A DNA stretch of 64,000 bases from Alphaproteobacteria bacterium (GTDB taxonomy: Bacteria; Pseudomonadota; Alphaproteobacteria; Rs-D84), in assembly GCA_017615655.1 (NCBI GenBank), contig JAFZZS010000007.1:59463-123462 (forward strand), read 5' to 3'. Each line of letters starts with the position of its first letter. The stretch's first letter is position 1. The position numbers were made by a program, and so were the translations under genes. This document shows positions 9,907-18,043 of the stretch, in pieces. The notes beneath the pieces are model-generated. The model saw only the letters and a list, made by a program, of their open reading frames with translations. It ran no database searches and was not told the origin of the DNA.

Positions 9907-10020
9907 GAATGCCCTGAAAGGAAGGAAAGGAGAAAAAGAAATGGGCATTCTAAACTTGCTTTGGGGTCCAGAGTCCAGAGGAGAGAGAATGTAGGAGGGA
10001 GTCTGGAATCTCTGGGCCCC
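9907..10020 (+). ncRNA. candidate structured RNA: two adjacent long hairpins with purine-rich loops, plus a 17-codon mini-ORF behind a perfect SD
   Basis: Hairpin A gaatgccc...gggcattc (9907..9950) with loop tgaaaggaaggaaaggagaaaaagaaat. Hairpin B ggggtccagag...ctctgggcccc (9963..10020) with nested tccaga/tctgga pairing. AAGGAG then 8 nt then ATG at 9941 (MGILNLLWGPESRGERM). Confidence 0.3.
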
Positions 10021-10221
10021 ACGAACATTTTATATGCTCGGTCAAAGATTGTTGCCTCTCTGACGAATCGAAATATAATACAACAAAATGCATTTGTCAA
10101 GTGTTTTTGTCAAAATATTTTTTTGGTCAAATTAAACCTGCCGGTTTTCCTAGGAAATGGTGCTTGTTGTTGTTCAAGGCAATCTGTCATAAAATCTTTC
10201 TTGTAATTAAGGGGGGGATTT

Positions 10222-10470
10222 ATGACACACGATGATGTTTGGCGGGCAATAGAACAATTTGCGATGGCACATGGAATGTCATGTTCAGGTTTAGCACGCT
10301 GTAGCGGGCTGGATCCTACGACTTTTAACAAAAGTAAACGTTGGACCAAGGAAGGTCAGCCACGGTGGCCGTCAACAAATAGTATATCTAAAATATTGTC
10401 TTCGACAGGCGCATCTATCCAGGAATTTACCCGATTCATCGATGATAAAGGCAACGATTTCTCAAAATAA
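10222..10470 (+). CDS. phage-CI/LexA-type HTH DNA-binding protein, N-terminal domain only (no S24 peptidase domain)
   Basis: DVWRAIEQFAMAHGMSCSGLARCSGLDPTTFNKSKR matches the HTH N-terminus of alphaproteobacterial prophage repressors. 82 aa, so the protein is truncated or stand-alone. Confidence 0.6.
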   Translation: MTHDDVWRAIEQFAMAHGMSCSGLARCSGLDPTTFNKSKRWTKEGQPRWPSTNSISKILSSTGASIQEFTRFIDDKGNDFSK

Positions 10471-10510
10471 TGTGAAAAATCATCCCGTTTTGTGAATACC
10501 GGCAATATAA

Positions 10511-10981
10511 ATGCCGGTTTTTTTGTTGGACAGTCTGTTTTTAATAGATTATTCTGTAAGTATGTTATCAGGAATTCGAATTTTCTCATCCGATAAATAT
10601 TGGCAACGAATCGTTGCTGAATTGAATGCGACATTGGTCCAAGATTCAAAATTTGCGGATATTAACCTGGATACCCTGAATTTATCTCTACCCATTTCAT
10701 TAATTGAATTAAAATCGATAATGCTTTCTGTATCCGATGGGGATGCGGTTTTAAAAAAGATTTTTGATAAACCTGTTAATCTATCACCATTGCAAACTCA
10801 AATTGTGGTTAAACTTTACAAAAGTGGTGGCATGACAGCGGACGAACTTAAAATATCTTTGGGGTACGATATAAATGCAACCACACATACAGTTGAAACG
10901 GCTATATACAGTCTGCGTAAACTATTTGGACATAATTTTATAATAAATGACGAAGGAATATTTAAGATTGGCGGGATATAA
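10511..10981 (+). CDS. OmpR/PhoB-type winged-helix DNA-binding protein without receiver domain
   Basis: C-terminal LSPLQTQIVVKLYKSGGMTADELKISLGYD...TVETAIYSLRKLFG...GIFKIGG matches the trans_reg_C winged helix. The N-terminal 80 aa has no receiver motifs. True start may be the internal Met at 10565. Confidence 0.5.
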   Translation: MPVFLLDSLFLIDYSVSMLSGIRIFSSDKYWQRIVAELNATLVQDSKFADINLDTLNLSLPISLIELKSIMLSVSDGDAVLKKIFDKPVNLSPLQTQIVVKLYKSGGMTADELKISLGYDINATTHTVETAIYSLRKLFGHNFIINDEGIFKIGGI

Positions 10982-11633
10982 GGTATTATCTTTTGATAAA
11001 ATATCAAGTACACAGACATACGCACATGACATGATTGCCCAAGGGAAAGCATCTGACCGAATTGCAATTGTTGCAGCGGCACAGTATGCTGGTCGTGGTC
11101 GATATAGACGAAAATGGGTGTCTCATCACGGAAATCTGTACGTAAGTTTCATTTTCCATTGCCCAGAACGTGATCCGCGACTTTCATATGCAGTGGCGGT
11201 GGCAATTGCAGAAACGGTTATTTCTTTTGGAATATCGCCTTTGATAAAATGGCCAAATGACATTTTAATAGATAATGCCAAAGTGGCAGGCGCATTAATA
11301 GAATATGCTGGTCGATTCGTTATTGTTGGTATCGGAATAAACGTGCATACTAATCCCACAGTTCCAGAATATAAAACAACACGTTTGGACAAGTATAATG
11401 ATATTGAACTAACAGACCTGATGTCACGACTTGTAAAGAATTTAGACAGGTTTATAAATGCGGATTTTGATTTGGTGCGTAAAAGGTGGATGGAACTTGC
11501 CGCAGGATTGAACAAACTTGTAAAATATCGTGGCGAAATGGTGGAACTTATTGGGGTTAATGATAATGGTGCATTGGTCGTACGTCGTGGTTCTGAATAT
11601 TTATTGATTCATGGTGACGAAATTTTAATGTGA
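10947..11633 (+). CDS. birA: biotin-[acetyl-CoA-carboxylase] ligase BirA (catalytic plus C-terminal domain, no HTH)
   Basis: SSTQTYAH...IAIVAAAQYAGRGRYRRKWVSHHGNLYVS matches the BirA GRGRRGR-KW loop; KVAGALIEY. Confidence 0.85.
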   Translation: MTKEYLRLAGYKVLSFDKISSTQTYAHDMIAQGKASDRIAIVAAAQYAGRGRYRRKWVSHHGNLYVSFIFHCPERDPRLSYAVAVAIAETVISFGISPLIKWPNDILIDNAKVAGALIEYAGRFVIVGIGINVHTNPTVPEYKTTRLDKYNDIELTDLMSRLVKNLDRFINADFDLVRKRWMELAAGLNKLVKYRGEMVELIGVNDNGALVVRRGSEYLLIHGDEILM

Positions 11634-11670
11634 TGTATACGGCAGAAAACCGGTGTTTTTTATAAACTAC

Positions 11671-11699
11671 TTGACTTTAGGTCCTTTTTATGATATTAT
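11671..11699 (+). promoter_or_regulatory. consensus sigma70 promoter (TTGACT-17-TATTAT)
   Basis: -35 TTGACT at 11671..11676, a 17-nt spacer, -10 TATTAT at 11694..11699; drives the leader with tandem hairpins. Confidence 0.6.
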
Positions 11700-11726
11700 G
11701 ATGTACATCAAGGGGAAAGATATATT

Positions 11727-11776
11727 CACACGCAGGTGTGGATTTTTTTTTATACCGCACACATGTGCGGTTTTTT
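11727..11776 (+). terminator. two tandem terminator-like hairpins directly downstream of the promoter (candidate sRNA 3' ends or attenuator)
   Basis: cacac-gcag-gtgtg plus T9 (11727..11751), then ccgcac-acat-gtgcgg plus T6 (11755..11776). Confidence 0.5.
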
Positions 11777-11802
11777 CTTTGTAACCAAAGGAAATAAAAA
11801 TC

Positions 11803-12213
11803 ATGCAATTGGAAATTACTGAAATGCAGAACGGGACAATCTGTTTGGCAAATGCTATTGCGCGTATTGTTTATGCCGAAACTCTTGCGGTTTCTTTGCG
11901 GGTGATAGAAGCATTAACTTCCATGATTGCGAATGCAACACTAAATAACCGGCATGAAATAATAAAGATGTTATCAGATAAAAATATTTTCGAATCATTG
12001 AATACCGAATCATCGCGACATAAATATTTATCGGTGGATACATCAATACGTGGTTTCCAGGTTTGTGTACGTGTTGCAATTAGGATGTTGCATGGTAATT
12101 TAGATGATAGGTGTAATCACGCAACAAAGTTTCATCGGTCAGAATTATTACCCAGTTGGGCGATTGCATGTGGTTATGTCGCAGATATAGATGGAATATT
12201 GTTCTATGCATAA
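11803..12213 (+). CDS. hypothetical protein, possibly SleB-like cell-wall hydrolase (phage endolysin?)
   Basis: 136 aa; weak resemblance of TICLANAIARIVYAE to the Hydrolase_2 CLAxAIYxEA motif. First gene of the phage-like cluster. Confidence 0.3.
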   Translation: MQLEITEMQNGTICLANAIARIVYAETLAVSLRVIEALTSMIANATLNNRHEIIKMLSDKNIFESLNTESSRHKYLSVDTSIRGFQVCVRVAIRMLHGNLDDRCNHATKFHRSELLPSWAIACGYVADIDGILFYA

Positions 12214-12231
12214 ATTCAAAGGAATCGTCAT

Positions 12232-12420
12232 ATGGAACGTTTTATCCATGGTGGTTTTTTTGCGAATCGCAAAATACAGATAATGACATGTGTCGGAATA
12301 GTATCCGCGTTGTGTGCATATCTTGTTGGCGATTCGGATATATATGCCACCGCCCAGGCAATTATTGCGGTCTGTGGTGTTTATTGGTTGCATAAATCTA
12401 AAACTAGTAAAGGAAAATAA
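12232..12420 (+). CDS. small single-TM membrane protein (holin-like?)
   Basis: 62 aa; hydrophobic core VGIVSALCAYLVG...AIIAVCGVYWL; basic C-terminus. Confidence 0.3.
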   Translation: MERFIHGGFFANRKIQIMTCVGIVSALCAYLVGDSDIYATAQAIIAVCGVYWLHKSKTSKGK

Positions 12421-12421
12421 A

Positions 12422-13078
12422 ATGGAAAATATACCAGAAAAATTTTTAAACAAAGACGGCACACTAAACAGTGATGCATTGATGAAATCATATTCTGAAC
12501 TTGAAAAAAAGATTGGAACGATGATATCTGTTCCTGATGACGAATCAGATGAAGCAACGCAAAACCGCTTTCGTCGGGCGATTGGTGTTCCTGAAAGTGC
12601 TGATGATTATCCACATAATGAATTATTTGATAATGAAAATGTACGTCAAAAATTTCATGAAATTGGTTTAACAAGTTCACAAGTTGAAAAAATTTATGAT
12701 ATCGCCGAAGAATTTTTATCACCGATGTTTTCAAGAATTTTTTCTATTGAACAAGAATCAAATGCGATGCTAGAACTGAAAAAATTTTTTGGCTCAGATG
12801 AAAAAATGCGTGATGCATTTATTGCAATAAAATCTTTTGGCGAGAAATTTTTACCTGTAGACGCATTTAATGAATTATGCGCCAGCCCCCAGGGAATACA
12901 AGGCATTTACAAGATGATGCAATCAATGGAACCAAGTGTTGAAACTGCTACATCAACTATAGAAAATTTAACTGATTCTGATTTACGTCGTATGATGCGT
13001 GATCCAAAATATTGGCGCGATCACGATGAAGAATATGTGCGTAAAATTGAAAACGGATTTAAAAAATTATATTCCTAG
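12422..13078 (+). CDS. acidic phage scaffold-like protein (position-equivalent to T7 gp9)
   Basis: 219 aa, very acidic and helical; lies immediately upstream of the capsid gene; RBS aaaggaaaataaaATG. The ORF-track start at 12314 is probably upstream read-through. Confidence 0.4.
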   Translation: MENIPEKFLNKDGTLNSDALMKSYSELEKKIGTMISVPDDESDEATQNRFRRAIGVPESADDYPHNELFDNENVRQKFHEIGLTSSQVEKIYDIAEEFLSPMFSRIFSIEQESNAMLELKKFFGSDEKMRDAFIAIKSFGEKFLPVDAFNELCASPQGIQGIYKMMQSMEPSVETATSTIENLTDSDLRRMMRDPKYWRDHDEEYVRKIENGFKKLYS

Positions 13079-13196
13079 TGAATATTTTTGATAAAAAAAT
13101 TACTTTTCTTCTTTACTAATTTTTTTCTTTCGTATAAAATGAAATCAAGAACAAAAGAATTTGTTCTATCCAAAAAAAATACGAAAGGAGAGAAGA

Positions 13197-13490
13197 ATGG
13201 CATTCACATTCTTGAAAACCGCTGCAAAGAAGCCTGCAGCAAAGAAACCGGCAGCAAAGAAACCAGCTGCAAAGAAACCAGCTGCAAAAAAAGTTGCAGC
13301 AAAGAAACCAGCAGCAAAGAAACCAGCTGTAAAAAAAGTTGCAGCAAAAAAACCAGCAGCAAAGAAACCAGCTGTAAAAAAAGTTGCAGCAAAGAAACCA
13401 GCTGCAAAGAAAGTTGTTGCAAAAAAAGTTGCAGCAAAGAAACCAGCTGCTAAAAAAGCTTGCGCAAAAAAATGTGCAAAGAAAAAATAA
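13197..13490 (+). CDS. histone H1-like basic repeat protein (AAKKP pentapeptide repeats)
   Basis: MAFTFLKTAAKKPAAKKPAAKK...; 15-nt tandem repeats; SD aaaggagagaagaATG 7 nt upstream. The other two same-region ORFs (13088..13453, 13116..13505) are repeat-induced artefacts. Confidence 0.6.
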   Translation: MAFTFLKTAAKKPAAKKPAAKKPAAKKPAAKKVAAKKPAAKKPAVKKVAAKKPAAKKPAVKKVAAKKPAAKKVVAKKVAAKKPAAKKACAKKCAKKK

Positions 13491-13510
13491 TAATGTTATA
13501 GACATTATGA

Positions 13511-13586
13511 AATGCCCGTAAAATCGGGCATTTTTTTATATTAAAAATTTTCAGTCAGATATAAAAAGTCTGACTGAATCTTTTTA
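13511..13586 (+). terminator. two consecutive rho-independent terminators
   Basis: atgcccg-taaaat-cgggcat plus T7 (13511..13538); tcagtcaga-tataaaaa-gtctgactga plus T5 (13551..13586). Confidence 0.75.
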
Positions 13587-13715
13587 TGGATAATCCATTT
13601 TTTATGGACCCAATTCGATTTGTTTTCGGCGTCACATCGACATAACCGCTAATAAATTATTTGGCGGGCAAAATTTGTTTGCCTTGATTTAATCATTTTA
13701 ACAAAAGGAAAAATT

Positions 13716-14531
13716 ATGTCTGTTTCCATAGATCAGGTTTTTGTAAAACAATTTGAAGCAGATGTCCATTTGGCTTATCAGCAAATGGGAACAAAACTGC
13801 GTTCTACGATTCGCAGCAAATCTGGGGTCGTAGGCACTTCTACAACATTTCAAAAAATTGGCAAAGGAACTGCCAGCACGAAATCACGTCATGGTATTGT
13901 GCCAGTCATGAATCTTAATCATGCACCCGTAGAATGCACATTGCAGGATTATTACGCAGGTGATTGGGTTGACGCACTGGATGAATTGAAAATCAATATT
14001 GATGAACGTCGTGTTGTTGCATCTGCAGGCGCGTATGCATTGGGTCGCAAAACAGATGAATTAATCGTTGCGGCAATGAACAATGCAACCACATATGTTG
14101 GTGATTATTCCACAGGTCTTACCAAAACGTTAATTTTAACAGCACTGGAAAAATTAAATGAAAAAGATGTTCCAGATGATGGACGCAGATTCGGTGTTAT
14201 CGGTGTAAAGCAATGGAATGAATTGCTTGGTATAACCGAATTTTCATCCGCAGATTATGTTGGAAACGATTTGCCATTCATTAACGGATGCGAAACAAGA
14301 AAGTGGCTTGGTATTACATGGATTATGTATAACGATTTACCAATCTCTTCGGCGCATCGCGATTGCTTTATTTATCATGCTTCAAGTGTCGGGCATGCGT
14401 GTGGCCAAGAGGTTAAGACCGATATTACATGGCATGGTGAACGTGCAGCACACTTTATCAGCAATAGTATGTCGCAAGGGGCAGTATTAATAGACAGTGA
14501 TGGTATTGTGCGTGTTAAATGTGGCGAATAA
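13716..14531 (+). CDS. T7-like major capsid protein (gp10 homologue, shortened)
   Basis: VFVKQFEADVHLAYQQMGTKLRSTIRSKSGVVGTSTTFQKIGK parallels T7 gp10 LFLKVFGGEVLTAFARTSVTTSRHMVRSISSGKSAQFPVLGR. 271 aa. Confidence 0.7.
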   Translation: MSVSIDQVFVKQFEADVHLAYQQMGTKLRSTIRSKSGVVGTSTTFQKIGKGTASTKSRHGIVPVMNLNHAPVECTLQDYYAGDWVDALDELKINIDERRVVASAGAYALGRKTDELIVAAMNNATTYVGDYSTGLTKTLILTALEKLNEKDVPDDGRRFGVIGVKQWNELLGITEFSSADYVGNDLPFINGCETRKWLGITWIMYNDLPISSAHRDCFIYHASSVGHACGQEVKTDITWHGERAAHFISNSMSQGAVLIDSDGIVRVKCGE

Positions 14532-14548
14532 AACAAAGGGAGTAGGCA

Positions 14549-14779
14549 ATGGCTTTTCAGAATAAAAATTTGTCGGTAATTGCGTATGCAAATGGTTTTA
14601 CGTTGTGGCATTACGCTGCGAATGAAACAATGGCAACCATCACAGCAAGTGGTTATTTTAATATGGTCAAAACATTGATGAATACAGGTGATGTTGTGAT
14701 TATCAATGCATCTGATAAAACATCAATTAAAAAAATTGCTGTGGGTGATAGTGCTGTTACAACTGCCGCATTAGATTAA
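14549..14779 (+). CDS. small phage-cluster protein of unknown function
   Basis: 76 aa ORF between the capsid and gp11-like genes. Confidence 0.35.
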   Translation: MAFQNKNLSVIAYANGFTLWHYAANETMATITASGYFNMVKTLMNTGDVVIINASDKTSIKKIAVGDSAVTTAALD

Positions 14780-14788
14780 TTTTTTTGA

Positions 14789-14825
14789 ATCGGGCCGGAT
14801 TTCCGGCCCAAATTTAATTTTTATA
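14789..14825 (+). terminator. rho-independent terminator after the capsid gene block (position analogous to T7 Tphi)
   Basis: cgggccgga-tt-tccggccc then aaatttaattttt. Confidence 0.65.
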
Positions 14826-14839
14826 AATAAGGTAGAAAA

Positions 14840-15358
14840 ATGCTAACGAAAATAGATTTATGTTCAATGGCGTTGTTAAAACTTGGTGAAAATCCAATTC
14901 AATCATTGTCAGATGATACCGCAACCGCAAAGCTTGGGCGTACGTTGGTCGATTTTGTTATAGATAGTTTGCTTACGATGCATCCGTGGAAATTTGCATG
15001 CAGAACATATAACCTGAATGCGAATATAGACGGTAGTTTCAATATACCCACAGATGTATTGCGTATTGTTAAAACAAATGGTCGCGTAATGGAAGATAAA
15101 ATAATTTCAGATTCTAAAGAAATTAGTATTACCGCGATTGTGCGTATATCTCCGGACAAATTTCCAAACTATTTTTCATCGCTTGTTGTAACAAAACTAG
15201 CCACAGAATTTTGTATGCCTATTACAGGCGATCAAACCGTATTTAGAACACTGGTCGCACTTTATGAAACAGAGTTACAAAATGCAAAATTCATAGACAG
15301 CACAACGTCGATAAATCCACAAATAGAAAATTTTTCACTTGTAGATGTTCGTTTCTAG
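14840..15358 (+). CDS. tail tubular protein A (T7 gp11 homologue)
   Basis: CSMALLKLGENPIQSLSDDTATAKLGRTLVDFVIDSLLTMHPWKF aligns with T7 gp11 [42 protein letters not shown]. Confidence 0.65.
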   Translation: MLTKIDLCSMALLKLGENPIQSLSDDTATAKLGRTLVDFVIDSLLTMHPWKFACRTYNLNANIDGSFNIPTDVLRIVKTNGRVMEDKIISDSKEISITAIVRISPDKFPNYFSSLVVTKLATEFCMPITGDQTVFRTLVALYETELQNAKFIDSTTSINPQIENFSLVDVRF

Positions 15359-15373
15359 TGTACGGGGGAAATC

Positions 15374-17080
15374 ATGGGAAATTTTATAAAAACACAAACT
15401 TCATTTGCTAATGGCGAGATTTCGCCCAATTTTTTTGCGAATGATAATATGCATGGTCTTGCATATATGGAAAATATGGATGTTATCCCGGGTGGGGGAC
15501 TTACCAGGCGTGCCGGACTAAAATCATTAGCTACATTACCATCTAGTGCCAGACTGATTTCTTTTTCAGCGTCTGAAAATGATAATTATGTCCTAGCGAT
15601 TATGAATGGAATTATTCGCGTGTTTTCTAGTGGCGAATTTGTGCAAGATATTATAGCGCCATGGACATCAAATGATTTGATGAAATTGCAATATGCGCAA
15701 CGTTTTGGAACGATAATATTTGTTCATCCAGATTATAAACCGCGAATACTTTCTTGTGAATCCAGCTCATTTCAATTGCTAGAATTTACATTTACATATA
15801 CCGATGATTTAAACAACATAAATATGCCGTTTATGCGATTCGAAGACTCTGAAGGTATAACATTAACACTTACGCATACAAATGACGGAGTGCAACTTAC
15901 AACGAATCAAGATTTTTGGACTCAAGATAATGTTTATGGGCATTTATCATTGCTTGGTAAAACATTTCTGGTACAAAGTTATATAGATTCGCGGAATATA
16001 ATCGCAGTATGTAATGGAACATTTACATACCCAAATACGCCAGTGTCTGATTGGAAAGAGGCGGTATTTAGTTATCGTCGGGGTTGGCCAATAAGCATAA
16101 CATTTCATCAAAATAGATTGGTGTTTGGCGGATCCAAATCATGGCCTGGTGGTGTTTGGATGTCTTGTGTCGGACAGCATAGAAATTTTAATACGGGTAC
16201 AGGACTTGATGACGAGGCGATATTTTTCACCTTACTATCAGGACGCAGGCAACATATTTGCACATTGGTAAGCAGTGATAATTTACAGATTCTTACATCT
16301 GAAGGCGAATGGGCGGTGTCCAATAAACCGCTGACACCCGAATCAGTAAATATAAAAATGCATACATCTGTGGGCAGTCCCGCGGATATATATTTGCCCC
16401 CACAAGAAATGGAAGGCAAAACGATATTCGTTTCTAATAACAAACAGGATATTCGTGAACTGACGTTGGATGAATTGGGCGAAAATTATAATGCGAATAA
16501 TTTATGCGAGTTATCTGCTCATTTGATACAAAAACCAATTGATATTGCGTACAACAAAAAACAAAAGCGTTTATTTGTCGTTATGCAAGACGGTAACATG
16601 GCCGTGTTAAATCGTGATGTATCACTGGATATATCTGCGTGGGGCCGTTATACCACAAGTGGTAAATTCTGTTCGGTCGTTGTTTGTGAAGGTAATACAT
16701 TTGTTGTTACGAAACGTGATACAACTTTTTATCTTGAGCAATTTTCTGATTCCGAAATGATAGATGCAACGAATCAAAAATATACGGTACGTGCCGTAGG
16801 GTTACCACTGATGTCGGCAGGGCATAATGCACACAAAATTCAAATAAGGAAGATTATTGCAAGATTGTATAATTCCAAGACGTTGTTTATAAATGGTCTG
16901 CGCGCAAATTTGCCCAATAATGCATATTCCATAGATTCTGGGGGGTATTCAGGCGACATTTCTATGAATACCATTGGAACATGTTTACCAATTAGTGACG
17001 CACCATGGGAATTATCTACGACAGATGCAATGCCGTTAACAATATTGTCTATAACAATATATGGCAGATATCAAATTTAA
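15374..17080 (+). CDS. tail tubular protein B (T7 gp12 homologue)
   Basis: N-terminus FANGEISPNFFANDNMHGLAYMENMDVIPGGGLTRRAGL...IRVFSSG parallels T7 gp12 LKGGISQQPDILRYPDQGSRQVNGWSSETEGLQKRPPL...GIRVFDLSG. 568 aa. Confidence 0.65.
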   Translation: MGNFIKTQTSFANGEISPNFFANDNMHGLAYMENMDVIPGGGLTRRAGLKSLATLPSSARLISFSASENDNYVLAIMNGIIRVFSSGEFVQDIIAPWTSNDLMKLQYAQRFGTIIFVHPDYKPRILSCESSSFQLLEFTFTYTDDLNNINMPFMRFEDSEGITLTLTHTNDGVQLTTNQDFWTQDNVYGHLSLLGKTFLVQSYIDSRNIIAVCNGTFTYPNTPVSDWKEAVFSYRRGWPISITFHQNRLVFGGSKSWPGGVWMSCVGQHRNFNTGTGLDDEAIFFTLLSGRRQHICTLVSSDNLQILTSEGEWAVSNKPLTPESVNIKMHTSVGSPADIYLPPQEMEGKTIFVSNNKQDIRELTLDELGENYNANNLCELSAHLIQKPIDIAYNKKQKRLFVVMQDGNMAVLNRDVSLDISAWGRYTTSGKFCSVVVCEGNTFVVTKRDTTFYLEQFSDSEMIDATNQKYTVRAVGLPLMSAGHNAHKIQIRKIIARLYNSKTLFINGLRANLPNNAYSIDSGGYSGDISMNTIGTCLPISDAPWELSTTDAMPLTILSITIYGRYQI

Positions 17081-17097
17081 AATCAAAGGAGTAACAA

Positions 17098-17445
17098 ATG
17101 GGACAAATGATTTCAGATGTATCAGATATATTGAATTATCAAAGTAATAAAAAAAATGCTAATGCAACAAAAAAACAAATTTTGGCCGATATTGTAGCTG
17201 ATGAAAATCAGAAACAAAATCTTGTTAAAAAAGTGCTGGCAACGCAACGTGCAAAATACGGGGCATCAGGTATGAATAACAAGGGGCTTACCGAGGATGC
17301 AGTGTTAACAAGGTTAAAAAAAGAAACCGAACAACCATATGATTCGAAAAAAGAGGTCAATATTAGAAAGTTGAAAAATGCCAAGGTAAAAAAGAAAAAT
17401 TTATTGCTAACTGCATTGGCACATTTGGACAAATTGGTCGGATGA
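17098..17445 (+). CDS. putative small terminase subunit (position of T7 gp18)
   Basis: 115 aa, basic, directly upstream of terL; assignment by position only. Confidence 0.3.
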   Translation: MGQMISDVSDILNYQSNKKNANATKKQILADIVADENQKQNLVKKVLATQRAKYGASGMNNKGLTEDAVLTRLKKETEQPYDSKKEVNIRKLKNAKVKKKNLLLTALAHLDKLVG

Positions 17446-17449
17446 TAAT

Positions 17450-18043
17450 ATGAGTGTTTATAGCCAATTTTTAGATTCTTGGAACGAGGTAATCGGGTTT
17501 ACCGCTCCGGAACACCATTATCATATGACAGATTTTCTGGGAAATGTTATTAACGGAAATTCACGTCATGGATTACTAATGGCGTTTAGGCATTCTGGTA
17601 AATCAACGATTGTTGGAATTTTTGCGGCTTGTACTTTGTTTTTACGTCCGGAAACGCGAATATTAATATTGTCAGCAGAAACCCACCTTGCTACACGAAT
17701 GGTTATGCATATTCGTAATATATTGGAAAATCATCCATGGTGTACAGATTTGGTGCCAAAAAATAAACGCGAATGGGCGGAAAATAAAATAACGGTTAAT
17801 CGAGCCATAGGAATTCGTGAACCATCGGTTGTTTGTCAGGGAATATACGGCAATATAACAGGAATGCGTGCAGATTTAATAATATGCGATGATGTAGAGG
17901 TTCCAAACACCTGTAACACCGCGAGAAAGCGTACAGGACTGCGCGACAAATTGCGCGAACTTGATTTTATACTTTCACCAAACGGTGCGATGATTTACAT
18001 TGGAACCCCGCATACATTGGACACAATTTACAGAACAGACTAA
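17450..18043 (+). CDS. terminase large subunit, N-terminal ATPase fragment (gene interrupted)
   Basis: Walker A AFRHSGKST; Walker B ADLIICDDVE; motif III IYIGTPHT. The ORF stops after 197 aa, where the ATPase domain is incomplete. Confidence 0.8.
   Translation: MSVYSQFLDSWNEVIGFTAPEHHYHMTDFLGNVINGNSRHGLLMAFRHSGKSTIVGIFAACTLFLRPETRILILSAETHLATRMVMHIRNILENHPWCTDLVPKNKREWAENKITVNRAIGIREPSVVCQGIYGNITGMRADLIICDDVEVPNTCNTARKRTGLRDKLRELDFILSPNGAMIYIGTPHTLDTIYRTD

Noticed and set aside
9907-9950. SRP (4.5S) RNA because of the GGAAGGAA motif
   Set aside because: Lacks the conserved domain IV symmetric loop or GNRA tetraloop arrangement. The purine tract is a simple hairpin loop, so it is kept only as a generic candidate RNA.
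13088-13505. Alternative frames over the AAKKP repeat (KETSCKKSCS... on plus, Cys/Phe/Leu-rich on minus)
   Set aside because: They are open only because of the 15-nt periodic repeat. Only the AKKP frame has a Shine-Dalgarno and a biologically sensible product.
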